From a virus, in IMG/VR virus record IMGVR_UViG_3300035698_016731, positions 1 through 64,000 of that record: a DNA stretch of 64,000 nt. The stretch is one strand, 5' to 3'. Below are positions 26,268 to 35,200 of this stretch, in pieces (the first letter of the stretch is position 1; every line of letters begins with the position of its first letter). The notes under the pieces are model-generated. The model searched no databases. It was not told where the DNA came from and saw nothing but the letters and a program-made list of their open reading frames with translations. Position numbers and translations under genes: made by a program.

Positions 26268-28390
26268 AACTTTTAAAATTAAAAATTGAGAATTTGTTTT
26301 CTTTTGAAAGTGCTGAAGTAGATTTTAGTCAGTTCAAATCAGGCATAATTCTTATAGAAGGAATCAACAATGACAATCCTTCCTCTAGTAATGGAGCAGG
26401 AAAGAGTTCTATTTTTGAAGCTATAAATTGGCTATTATTTGATAATACCATAAAGGGAGACACTAAAGACACTGTTATCAAATTAGGACATAAATCGGGA
26501 AGTGGCTATCTGAAGTTCCAAGTAAATGAAGACATCATTGAAATAACTAAATTCAGAGGAGCTAAGAACAAACTTCAAATAGCTGTTAATGGCGAAGAGG
26601 TTTCTAAGAAAAATCAGACTGAAGCAATCTCATGGATAAACCAATTGTTGGACATTAATTTTGATATATTCCGAAACAGTATAGTTCTAGGACAAGGAGA
26701 CAAAAGCAAGTTCCTCTATGGAGCAGATAAAGCACGGAAAGACCTTGTAGGAGGTATACTTGGATTTGATGTTTTAGATAGAGCTTTGAAGTTTGTGCGA
26801 ACAAATAAAACTGCTGTAGCAAAAGAATCTTATGTTGCATTTAGTGAAAAGATAAAATTTGCTGAAGAGAAGATAGATGAAAGAGAAAATCTACAAAAGT
26901 TAGAAGATGAATTAAAAGTTACCAAATATAGAATTGGAAAGACTCAGAAAGGTCTTGACTCCATTGAAAAAGAAATAGAAGAGCAACTAGGCTTTCAAGA
27001 AGATGATACCAAATTAGAAAATTTCCAACTTGTAATTAAATATAACAAAAATGAATTAAAAGAGTTAACTATTGAATACAATGATGAAAGGTTTGAAACT
27101 AGAAGACAAGCTGACAAAATAGAGAATGAGATAAAAGAAAAAGCTTCATGGGTAACAAATCTGAAAACTCTTAAAAAACAATTTGAAGCATTTAGAGAAA
27201 AACAAGACACAGCAGAAGAACAACTTAATCACTATCGAGCTTTACATGAAGTCAATAAATCTAATCAAAAAAATCGTGATGTGGAGATTCAAGCTATTAA
27301 TAAAAAGATTCAAGACCTTTCTTCTGGAGAGTTAGTAAAGTGTCCTTATTGCAAGCAGGATATTGATGAAAGATGTTTAGACAATCTTAAACAAGATATT
27401 TCTACTGAACGAATAAAATTAAAAAAATTGAAAGAAAAAGAAGAAGACATAAAAATAAAATGTTTTAAATTCCTTCAACAAGTTAGTGACAACCACAACA
27501 AAGTTCAAGAGATAGAAGAGAAAAAAGAACTCTTTTATTGGAGAAGTAAAAAAGAGTTGATTCTTGATAGTCTTAAAGAAAAGTTAAAAAAAGGAACAGT
27601 TGGGTTCGACAAAGACCGAAAAGTTATTGGAGTTGAAATTGCAAGATTAAATAAAGAAATAGAAAAAATTGGAAAGATAGATTATAATTTCAAACACCAT
27701 CAAGGACTTCTTGAAAAACAAACTGTGCGAAAAGAGTCCATGGACAGCCTTAAAGAAGCTCAAAAGAATTTAGAAATCAATATTACGATAGTCAATGACT
27801 ATACAAGGAATTTAGAAACACTTTATAAAGAGTCTCAAGAAGCAAAAGAAGAATATAAGAAAGCTCAAATTCTGGAAGCTATCTTTGGACAACAAGGTAT
27901 CAGAGTCAATATGTTAATCAATATAATACCTTTCATAGAGCATAGAGTAAATAGTTACTTATCAAATCTTGATATGAGCAATTATGAAATAAAATTAGAG
28001 CTAAAAGATGACAAGTTTAATATAGACATCCTTGATGATGACTTCAGTAGACCTATCAGCACTTACTCTGGAGGAGAAAAGAAGTTGTTCAATGTATTGT
28101 TCAATCTAGCTCTAGGAGAGATAGTAGCAGATAGAAATATGGGATTTGATTTCTTAGTCTTAGATGAGATAACTGATACTCTTGATGAGTTACACAGTGA
28201 AAGAGTGATAGACTTACTTATGAATATAGCTGATAAGAATAAGAAGCAACTATTTTTAATAACTCATCGTACAGATACTAAAGACTTGTTAGAGAGCTAT
28301 GGAGTACAAAAGATTGTAGTCGAGAAAAAAGAAGGGAAAAGCCGTATAAAAAGGGTAATTGCAGGCTCTAGGAGTGTGTCTACGAGATGA
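26264..28390 (+). CDS. sbcC: SbcC/Rad50/gp46-like SMC ATPase
   Basis: NGAGKS, coiled coil with CPYC zinc hook, YSGGE, LVLDE, ITH. Confidence 0.93.
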   Translation: MKLLKLKIENLFSFESAEVDFSQFKSGIILIEGINNDNPSSSNGAGKSSIFEAINWLLFDNTIKGDTKDTVIKLGHKSGSGYLKFQVNEDIIEITKFRGAKNKLQIAVNGEEVSKKNQTEAISWINQLLDINFDIFRNSIVLGQGDKSKFLYGADKARKDLVGGILGFDVLDRALKFVRTNKTAVAKESYVAFSEKIKFAEEKIDERENLQKLEDELKVTKYRIGKTQKGLDSIEKEIEEQLGFQEDDTKLENFQLVIKYNKNELKELTIEYNDERFETRRQADKIENEIKEKASWVTNLKTLKKQFEAFREKQDTAEEQLNHYRALHEVNKSNQKNRDVEIQAINKKIQDLSSGELVKCPYCKQDIDERCLDNLKQDISTERIKLKKLKEKEEDIKIKCFKFLQQVSDNHNKVQEIEEKKELFYWRSKKELILDSLKEKLKKGTVGFDKDRKVIGVEIARLNKEIEKIGKIDYNFKHHQGLLEKQTVRKESMDSLKEAQKNLEINITIVNDYTRNLETLYKESQEAKEEYKKAQILEAIFGQQGIRVNMLINIIPFIEHRVNSYLSNLDMSNYEIKLELKDDKFNIDILDDDFSRPISTYSGGEKKLFNVLFNLALGEIVADRNMGFDFLVLDEITDTLDELHSERVIDLLMNIADKNKKQLFLITHRTDTKDLLESYGVQKIVVEKKEGKSRIKRVIAGSRSVSTR

Positions 28391-28917
28391 AAAGAGTTAA
28401 GAGAGTAGAAAGGAAAGGGAATAAAAAGAATGTTTTTATAGGGATTGATAATGGAGTATCTGGAAGCATGTTCATTATAACTCCTACTGAGTATATTTAT
28501 AGGATAACTCCTGTAAAGAAATGTCTCAACTATACAAAAAAGAAAGCTTGGATAAACAGAGTAGACCATGACCATCTACAATTATATTTTAATAATTTAG
28601 TAGAAACTTATGACCAACAAGATATGATTTGTGTTATAGAAAGACCTATGGTAAACCCAGGCAGATTCAAAGCTACTATTTCAGCAATACGTTGTTTAGA
28701 AAGCACACTGATTGTTTTAGAGTTCTGTTGTATTCCTTATGAGTATCTGGATAGTAGAGAATGGCAAAAGGAAATGTTACCTAGTGGTCTGAAAGGAGAT
28801 GAATTAAAAAAGGCAAGTCTCTCTGTAGCAAAGAGACTCTTTCCATCATTTAGTCCAAAGAAAGATGGAGACAGTATACTAATGGGTGAATATGCGAGAA
28901 GAAAATATGGAGGATAA
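28387..28917 (+). CDS. RuvC-like Holliday junction resolvase
   Basis: IGIDNG, VIE, WQK, D..L pattern. Confidence 0.8.
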   Translation: MKRVKRVERKGNKKNVFIGIDNGVSGSMFIITPTEYIYRITPVKKCLNYTKKKAWINRVDHDHLQLYFNNLVETYDQQDMICVIERPMVNPGRFKATISAIRCLESTLIVLEFCCIPYEYLDSREWQKEMLPSGLKGDELKKASLSVAKRLFPSFSPKKDGDSILMGEYARRKYGG

Positions 28918-29203
28918 AGTGAACAAAGAGTCAAACAGCAAAATATTAAAGACACTAAAACGTATTGAGAAAAGATTAGAATTTCTTTTCAAAGAAAACA
29001 AAATTGAAGAAAAGTATTGTATGGCTGTTGAAGCAGAAGAAAAAGAAATACACAAGAAAAGACTGGATATGGCAAAGAGAAATGCTAAAGATATAGCTCT
29101 CGTCAAAGCTGCAAAGGAATACTATAGAAACAATAAAGCTATTCCAAAAGATGGTCTTGTCCTATTCTTTATGAACAAAAAACCTTATTGGGTTATAATA
29201 TGA
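28907..29203 (+). CDS. hypothetical protein
   Basis: ORF, MEDK start. Confidence 0.5.
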   Translation: MEDKVNKESNSKILKTLKRIEKRLEFLFKENKIEEKYCMAVEAEEKEIHKKRLDMAKRNAKDIALVKAAKEYYRNNKAIPKDGLVLFFMNKKPYWVII

Positions 29204-29333
29204 ACACTTATTGGATAATATATTCAATCCTTTTCTTTCTGTTTTTTATTGTATGGGCTATGGCAACAGCTAATTGGTTAAGGAATATCTATTCAGCTAT
29301 TAGAGGAAAGAAAATTGAACCACTTTTTAGAAA

Positions 29334-29552
29334 TTGGAGAAACTAATGGAAAGACAAGACTTAACAGATGAAATGGTAAACCACAATCGAGCTGGTCAAG
29401 GTGAAGGTGGAGAAGTTGTAAAGGTTAAATGTAAAATGTGTAATAGAACTTTTGAGTGTGCAAAGCATAGCCAAAGTTGTGAAATAAGAATTTGTTCTAA
29501 GTGTTTTAGAAAGATGAAAAAAGAAAAAAATCCTGTAGAAGAGGTTAGGTAA
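29334..29552 (+). CDS. zinc-ribbon protein
   Basis: CKMC...CSKC. Confidence 0.55.
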   Translation: MEKLMERQDLTDEMVNHNRAGQGEGGEVVKVKCKMCNRTFECAKHSQSCEIRICSKCFRKMKKEKNPVEEVR

Positions 29553-29851
29553 TGCTTTATCAATATACAAGACAATGTGAAGTGTGTGGTGGAGAGATGA
29601 TATCCATGAGAGAGATATTTAGAAAGACTCTAAAATCCACTTGCTCTAAATGCCATCATATGGAAGAGTTTCACATTATATTCCTTTGTAATCATTGTAA
29701 GATAGGAAAGCTTGTCCACAAAGGAACTCTCCATGGAGTGTTTGGAGGAGTAGAAAAAACTGTTTACAATTACCACTGTGATACTTGTGAAGATGATAGA
29801 ACTTATGATGACAAATTAGATGAATATATGATGGGATATGATATAGATTAA
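29552..29851 (+). CDS. double zinc-ribbon protein
   Basis: four CxxC pairs. Confidence 0.6.
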   Translation: MLYQYTRQCEVCGGEMISMREIFRKTLKSTCSKCHHMEEFHIIFLCNHCKIGKLVHKGTLHGVFGGVEKTVYNYHCDTCEDDRTYDDKLDEYMMGYDID

Positions 29852-29856
29852 TCTTA

Positions 29857-30042
29857 ATGGAGGCAAAAGAAATGGATGAGAAAACTATAATTGGAGCAAT
29901 GACTGTTAATCCAGAAGATGGAGAGCCTGGTGGGGAAATAACAAAATGTATTAAGAGGTTTGTTGAAATGGCACAAGGAAGAATATTCTTTCCTGAAAAA
30001 GATGTAGACTACTATCAAATAAAAATAAAATATAAAAAATAA
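29857..30042 (+). CDS. hypothetical protein
   Basis: short ORF in operon. Confidence 0.5.
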   Translation: MEAKEMDEKTIIGAMTVNPEDGEPGGEITKCIKRFVEMAQGRIFFPEKDVDYYQIKIKYKK

Positions 30043-30066
30043 TCTTAACAAATGAAGGAGGTAGAA

Positions 30067-30198
30067 ATGGCTTTATATAAATGTCAATGTCTGAAATGTT
30101 CACATACTGTGACTTCAGAAAAACACTGTGTTGATATTAAATGTTCAGTGTGTGGTGGTGAGATGCGCAGAGCAGAAAGACCTGGTGCTGGACGATAA
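30067..30198 (+). CDS. 43-aa Cys-rich microprotein (not in ORF track)
   Basis: RBS AAGGAGG; MALYKCQCLKCSHTVTSEKHCVDIKCSVCGGEMRRAERPGAGR. Confidence 0.7.
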   Translation: MALYKCQCLKCSHTVTSEKHCVDIKCSVCGGEMRRAERPGAGR

Positions 30199-30230
30199 TA
30201 ACCCGATAACGAATGAAGGAGGTGAATAAG

Positions 30231-30605
30231 ATGGATTGGCTAAAAGAAATACTTGAGACTTTCTTAGCTCCAACTCTTGGTACAGTTATAGTTTATATTA
30301 TAGCTAAAGTTGGTGGGGCAGTAGTTGCTTTTATTAAAGCTCAAATAGGCAATATCAACAATGCTGCTATACAGAGCTTTGTTAGAGTTGCTGCTGGTGA
30401 AGTAGTTCTCTATATTCAACAGAAGTATGCAGAGCTTTCTAATACTGAAAAGTTCGATTTAGCTGTTGAGAAATTAGAAACTAAGATTGATAACTTTACT
30501 GAAAGCATTAAGCTTGGTAGAGAAATCGTTAGCAAGGAAGATGTAGAAGTAGCAATTGAAGCAGCAATTAAGTCCTTAAAAGACAACTGGTCAAAAAACC
30601 TTTAA
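30231..30605 (+). CDS. putative holin (LL-H-like)
   Basis: N-terminal TM, V.YIQQ, EK...AV, IEAAI pattern; RBS AAGGAGGTG. Confidence 0.65.
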   Translation: MDWLKEILETFLAPTLGTVIVYIIAKVGGAVVAFIKAQIGNINNAAIQSFVRVAAGEVVLYIQQKYAELSNTEKFDLAVEKLETKIDNFTESIKLGREIVSKEDVEVAIEAAIKSLKDNWSKNL

Positions 30606-30606
30606 T

Positions 30607-30852
30607 CTGGCGTATAGGGAAGAAGTTAGTTTGGTTTTTTAACAAGGTGGAGTTTGGATATGGAAATATGCCGTTTTATACGCCAGCCGATAGGGAATTC
30701 TATAAATGGCACGCTTGGAGTGACCAGCTCAAAGAAGATAGAAAAATATTCTGGTTCAAATTCAAACACAGATTTTAACGGCATATGGGACATTAAATGC
30801 ATTCAATAGCCTTACTGGATGAGGTAGTCTGGTAGTCCTATATGTCGTTAAA
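30607..30852 (+). ncRNA. two related long-stem structured elements upstream of the small terminase gene
   Basis: CTGGCGTATA(30607-16)/TATACGCCAG(30677-86); 18-bp stem 30774-30791/30835-30852 with 2 G-U pairs. Confidence 0.5.
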
Positions 30853-30890
30853 TTTTAAACTTATGAAAGGATATAATAAAATATAACAAT

Positions 30891-31541
30891 ATGAGAAAAG
30901 ACTTTCCAAAAATCATATATAAAGAAGATTTAGAGTACACTGAATCTACAGGCTTCTATAAATTTAGAGGTCACAAGATTTGTGGCTATTTGAAAAATAA
31001 AGTAACTAAAGAAATTTGCAAAGGTGTACCCATGGCTAATGGGAGATGTAGATTTCATGGAGGAAGTAAGATAAAAGGATTCAGTAAAAGCCAACTTAAA
31101 ACAGAAAACAATCTTACTCCAGAAGATATAGAAGGTGATAAAGTACATCTTGGTGAGTCTTTCAGAAGGAGATATGAAATATATTTAAAGAATCCTGATA
31201 TATATGACATGAATCAAGAGATTGCTAAAGTCATAGTTCTTAGTGACATGTTGATAGAAAAATTAGATGATAACAACCTCGAACATCTTTCAGGTAAAAT
31301 CGGAGAGCTTATAAAGATTACAGCAGGAGTTAAAGAAAAGTATCATAAAATAAAACAAGGTTATATCGATATTGTTGCTGTAAAAATTATCATCATGCAA
31401 CTTCATCAAATAATAACTGAGTATATGAATACTACTCGCCTTCTTATAACTGACCCAACAAATATTAGAAAACTTGAGAGTCTAAAAGAAATCACTATCA
31501 AGAAAATATCAGACATCAAACTACCTGTTATAAAAGAATGA
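30891..31541 (+). CDS. putative terminase small subunit (HGGxSTG-like N-terminus)
   Basis: CG..C...M.NGRCRFHGG motif; coupled to terL. Confidence 0.65.
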   Translation: MRKDFPKIIYKEDLEYTESTGFYKFRGHKICGYLKNKVTKEICKGVPMANGRCRFHGGSKIKGFSKSQLKTENNLTPEDIEGDKVHLGESFRRRYEIYLKNPDIYDMNQEIAKVIVLSDMLIEKLDDNNLEHLSGKIGELIKITAGVKEKYHKIKQGYIDIVAVKIIIMQLHQIITEYMNTTRLLITDPTNIRKLESLKEITIKKISDIKLPVIKE

Positions 31542-33193
31542 GCCGAAAAGAAATATTTACTATTGGAGACATACTTGGAGATAAAGTATTTGCTGATGAA
31601 AATCTTTCTTCTCTTGAAAAAGGCACTCAGTTTATAGGTCAGGAAATAGCTCAAAAACTTAAAGAGACTACTGACAGCAGGAAGAGAGATAAAATCCATG
31701 ATGGTATTATAAGAGGTTGGAAAAGACCTCGCCAGCTTCAATTCTTCCTTCGCCAACTTGACCTCACTATTCCATATAAAGTAAACTGCAACAAAGGACA
31801 TTGCTCTCCTTTCCGATTTCTAAGTGATGTTGTAATCTATAGAGTTCCTAAAGCTATTGCTTGGGCTAACAGAACTGGAGGAAAGAGTTACATTGCTGGA
31901 CTTATAAACTGGCTCAATGGAAACCACTATCCTCTATTTGATGGAAAGATATTGGGAGGCTCTGCTGACCAAGCTTTAAAATCATACGAAGCTATGGCAG
32001 ATTTTTGGGGAAGGTCTATTGGACTATCTGAAAAGATGTTAGTAGGTGGAGAATATAGAGCTAAGTTTACTAAATGGCTTCATGGTGCTATAGTGTCTAT
32101 TCTTACAGCTTCTAAAAAATCAGTCCGTGGTCCACATCCTAATATCCTTACTTTGGATGAAGCTGATGAAATTCTTTGGGAGCTAGTTCAGATTGCTCTA
32201 TCCCAACCTATGACTAAAAACCATATCCCTGCTCAACTTATTGTACTTTCTACTTACCATGCAGTGGGAGGTACAATGGCTAGACTGTTAGGAGATATTG
32301 ATGAAGAATATGATGATGAAGAAACTATGGAGGTCATGGAGAACCTAAAAAAAGACCATAGGTTTATAACTTATGCTTGGTGCTTTTGGGAAGTAATGGA
32401 AAGTTGTAGGGATTATAATTGTAGCACTTGTCCTCTTACTCCATGGTGCCCTGGTACTCATATGAAGGAAGCTGTTGGATATTATAAGATTTCTGACTTA
32501 ACTATGAAACTTTCCACTATCAGCATAGACAATCTAAGAGTTGAATGGTTTTGTGATAAGCCCAGTAGAAAAGGACTTGTATATGATGTTTGGGATAGCA
32601 CAATAAATACTATTATGTGCCCTTACAATCCTGAACTAAAAGTTGAGTTAAGTATAGACTTTGGATATAGTGATGGATATTATAGTGTTGGTGTATGGCA
32701 AAATGTTATGGATTATGATTATCAAGGAAGGAAAATAAATGGATATGTAAGAGTTGATGAAATATATCTTATGGAACTCAGCACTCCTGAAATAATTAGC
32801 CGAGTTAAAAACCGACCTTGGGCAAATAGTGATAATAAAATAAAAGCTACAAGAGGGGTTGCTGATAGTAGTAGACCTGACTCCATAAAAGAATGGAAAA
32901 AAGCTGGATTCCAAATCAAAGCTGTAAAGAAGAAATTGATGACTATTAATGAAGGTATAGAATTAGTCAAAGGAAAAATTAGACCAGTAAAAGGTCAACC
33001 CACTTGCTATTGCCACAAAGGCTGTCGAGGATTCTTGAAAGAGATTAACTCTGGTTATCGCTGGCCAAAAGAAAGTATCATGCGAGATGATAGAGAACCC
33101 TTAGATAAAGACAACCATGCTATGGATGAGACAAGATACTTCTTTATGTGGAAAGGAAAGAAGACGATAATGTCAGGGGGAGCTATAGTCTAG
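31538..33193 (+). CDS. terL: terminase large subunit
   Basis: Walker A RTGGKS, VRG, Walker B LTLDEAD, LST, nuclease SIDFG, DSSRP, DNHAMDETRY. Confidence 0.9.
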   Translation: MSRKEIFTIGDILGDKVFADENLSSLEKGTQFIGQEIAQKLKETTDSRKRDKIHDGIIRGWKRPRQLQFFLRQLDLTIPYKVNCNKGHCSPFRFLSDVVIYRVPKAIAWANRTGGKSYIAGLINWLNGNHYPLFDGKILGGSADQALKSYEAMADFWGRSIGLSEKMLVGGEYRAKFTKWLHGAIVSILTASKKSVRGPHPNILTLDEADEILWELVQIALSQPMTKNHIPAQLIVLSTYHAVGGTMARLLGDIDEEYDDEETMEVMENLKKDHRFITYAWCFWEVMESCRDYNCSTCPLTPWCPGTHMKEAVGYYKISDLTMKLSTISIDNLRVEWFCDKPSRKGLVYDVWDSTINTIMCPYNPELKVELSIDFGYSDGYYSVGVWQNVMDYDYQGRKINGYVRVDEIYLMELSTPEIISRVKNRPWANSDNKIKATRGVADSSRPDSIKEWKKAGFQIKAVKKKLMTINEGIELVKGKIRPVKGQPTCYCHKGCRGFLKEINSGYRWPKESIMRDDREPLDKDNHAMDETRYFFMWKGKKTIMSGGAIV

Positions 33194-33275
33194 TCCTAGT
33201 ACTAAAAAGGTAAGAAAGTTCGTGCTCCATGTGAGGAGGTGGCTTCATTTATCTATTATTACCCTATATTAACCT

Positions 33276-33674
33276 TTAAGTCCACTGTGGGACATCTGTT
33301 ATCTTATCGATAGTAATTAATTCCAAAGTTCCCTTGTATCCATTATCAACCCAATGCCATTCAGATAAACTCATACCACTCATAATTCTTACAGAGAATA
33401 CTGAATTAGGATAGGTTTCTGGATAGGGATAAAAGTTAAATGCATCATGAGTGTTTACTATAGCTCTTAATATTTCATACTGAGCAATTGTACAGATACT
33501 ATTCTCCCAAATCAAATTAGCTACCATTCTAAAACCTTTGTGATAGATTCTTAATCCTCCATTAGCTAATTCATGTTCTCTTTTTAACTCTTCAAATATG
33601 ACTCTCACTGCTGGAGGATAATTATTAAAACTATAATCAAAAGTATCTTCTTTTTGAAATCTTGGACTTTCCAT
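33276..33674 (-). CDS. tail-associated protein (possibly distal-tail-like)
   Basis: last gene of tail operon; small, aromatic/beta-rich. Confidence 0.45.
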   Translation of the reverse strand: MESPRFQKEDTFDYSFNNYPPAVRVIFEELKREHELANGGLRIYHKGFRMVANLIWENSICTIAQYEILRAIVNTHDAFNFYPYPETYPNSVFSVRIMSGMSLSEWHWVDNGYKGTLELITIDKITDVPQWT

Positions 33675-33685
33675 TTTATCTCACC

Positions 33686-34324
33686 TCACATTAATTTATG
33701 TATAGACCAGCTAGAATATCTACCATTAGCATGGCCATATATAGTATCACTATTTTGATTGTTTATATATTTCATATAAAGAATATCTCCAGCTTTTAAA
33801 TCTTGAACAGAAATATTCTTGTTACCTTGAATATTTCCACTATCGAAATCATGTCTGCTATATTGTTTAATTGTTCCATTAACATATAAATCTAAATAAA
33901 CATAATCTCCAGCAGTGAGAGCCAAATGAGCATTACATATAGATAAATACTTTCCATCTTTTTTTGGAACAAAAGAATGTGTTACTAGTGAATATTCATT
34001 TTGTGTATCCCAATCTACTGTATCCCATTCTATTATTGTACTTATAGCAGATGAGACCGCAAAACTACTAGTTAAATAAACTTTTACACTGCTCTGCTTT
34101 GGCATACTTATTATACCATTAGCATCAACCTTGAAAGATTCTCCACTCTTACTACTAAAACTAGCAAAGCTCCATACTCCCTGAGAAGAGCAAACATACA
34201 GTCTTTGAGTATCATAAGCAAAGTAAGCATCTCCACGACTTGGAGTAGCAGGAAGCTTACTATCTACACCATATATGAATGGTTGATGTAAATCCATTCC
34301 ATTAAAATTTCTATGTTCAGTCAT
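33686..34324 (-). CDS. tail fibre protein with C1q-like C-terminal domain
   Basis: P..GD.YF..DT..LY.C...W motif, then F.P..G.Y ... L.AGD C1q/TNF-like pattern. Confidence 0.7.
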   Translation of the reverse strand: MTEHRNFNGMDLHQPFIYGVDSKLPATPSRGDAYFAYDTQRLYVCSSQGVWSFASFSSKSGESFKVDANGIISMPKQSSVKVYLTSSFAVSSAISTIIEWDTVDWDTQNEYSLVTHSFVPKKDGKYLSICNAHLALTAGDYVYLDLYVNGTIKQYSRHDFDSGNIQGNKNISVQDLKAGDILYMKYINNQNSDTIYGHANGRYSSWSIHKLM

Positions 34325-34766
34325 TTAACTTCACCCTTAATACAGTTATTAAATTTCTCAATACTTTTAAAGTCTTAACAAATAAATCCTGTGCACCAGC
34401 TATATTGGTTACATGGTTTTCAACATAAGCTGTTATTTCACCATTATCCATTTCAAGCAAAGCCTTTAAAAGTTTTAAATCAGTAAGAGCATTTTCTATA
34501 TCAGTTGGTACAGGTATGAAAGTGAGTGCTGCTGTCCATACAGCTTCTTCATCAGCAATCTCTTCTTCTCCACTAAATCTCAACCTCATCATTCCTATTA
34601 CAGTATCTTCTCCTTCCACTGGTGATTGAAAAGCTACTGCTATGATTCTTGGCTCTACTAATCTTATAGCATCAATCATTTGATTAAGTTTTAATGCTTG
34701 TGCTTTTGTAGTAATCACCACTTTGAATAAAATACGATTGTCTCCTTCTATTTTTGTAGGCATCAT
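34317..34766 (-). CDS. hypothetical protein (possible fibre chaperone)
   Basis: coupled ORF in tail operon. Confidence 0.55.
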   Translation of the reverse strand: MMPTKIEGDNRILFKVVITTKAQALKLNQMIDAIRLVEPRIIAVAFQSPVEGEDTVIGMMRLRFSGEEEIADEEAVWTAALTFIPVPTDIENALTDLKLLKALLEMDNGEITAYVENHVTNIAGAQDLFVKTLKVLRNLITVLRVKLND

Positions 34767-35200
34767 TTCCTCCTTCTATTCTCTATCGCATGGCAACATC
34801 TACATAGAGAAATAAGATTATCTAGATTTAAATTATGTTTGTTAAAATCTTTATGGTGAATATCTAATTTTCTCTCTTCTTGAAGACACCCACAATGTTG
34901 ACATTTATATTCATCTCTTTTACGAATTAATTCTCTTAATTCATTATTAAACTGAAAAGGGTAACCAGAACGATTTACTCCACCGTGCCAATTAGGGTGC
35001 TTATCTCCTTTCTTCAAAGAAGTTGCAGTTGCTATTCGACCATTTGTCTTATGACCAACTATATTCTGATACTTTTCCTTTTGTCTTTTCAACCAACTTT
35101 CTCGATTATCATTATAGTATTCTGTGAAATATTCCTTGCGTCTTTTTGCACATTCCTTTGCCTTTATACCCCAAGAACCACATGCATAAGGACTCATCAT
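34763..35200 (-). CDS. free-standing HNH homing endonuclease
   Basis: G.KHPNW.GG, RD.YKCQHC, IHHKDFNK.N...NLISLC..CH. Confidence 0.88.
   Translation of the reverse strand: MMSPYACGSWGIKAKECAKRRKEYFTEYYNDNRESWLKRQKEKYQNIVGHKTNGRIATATSLKKGDKHPNWHGGVNRSGYPFQFNNELRELIRKRDEYKCQHCGCLQEERKLDIHHKDFNKHNLNLDNLISLCRCCHAIENRRRK

Noticed and set aside
31841-31852. AGAGTTCCTA match to the array core inside terL
   Set aside because: It lacks the flanking stems and the 3' half, so it is a chance match in coding sequence.
33194-33275. Bidirectional terminator between the convergent arms
   Set aside because: Expected from the position, but I could not identify a convincing stem with U-tracts.
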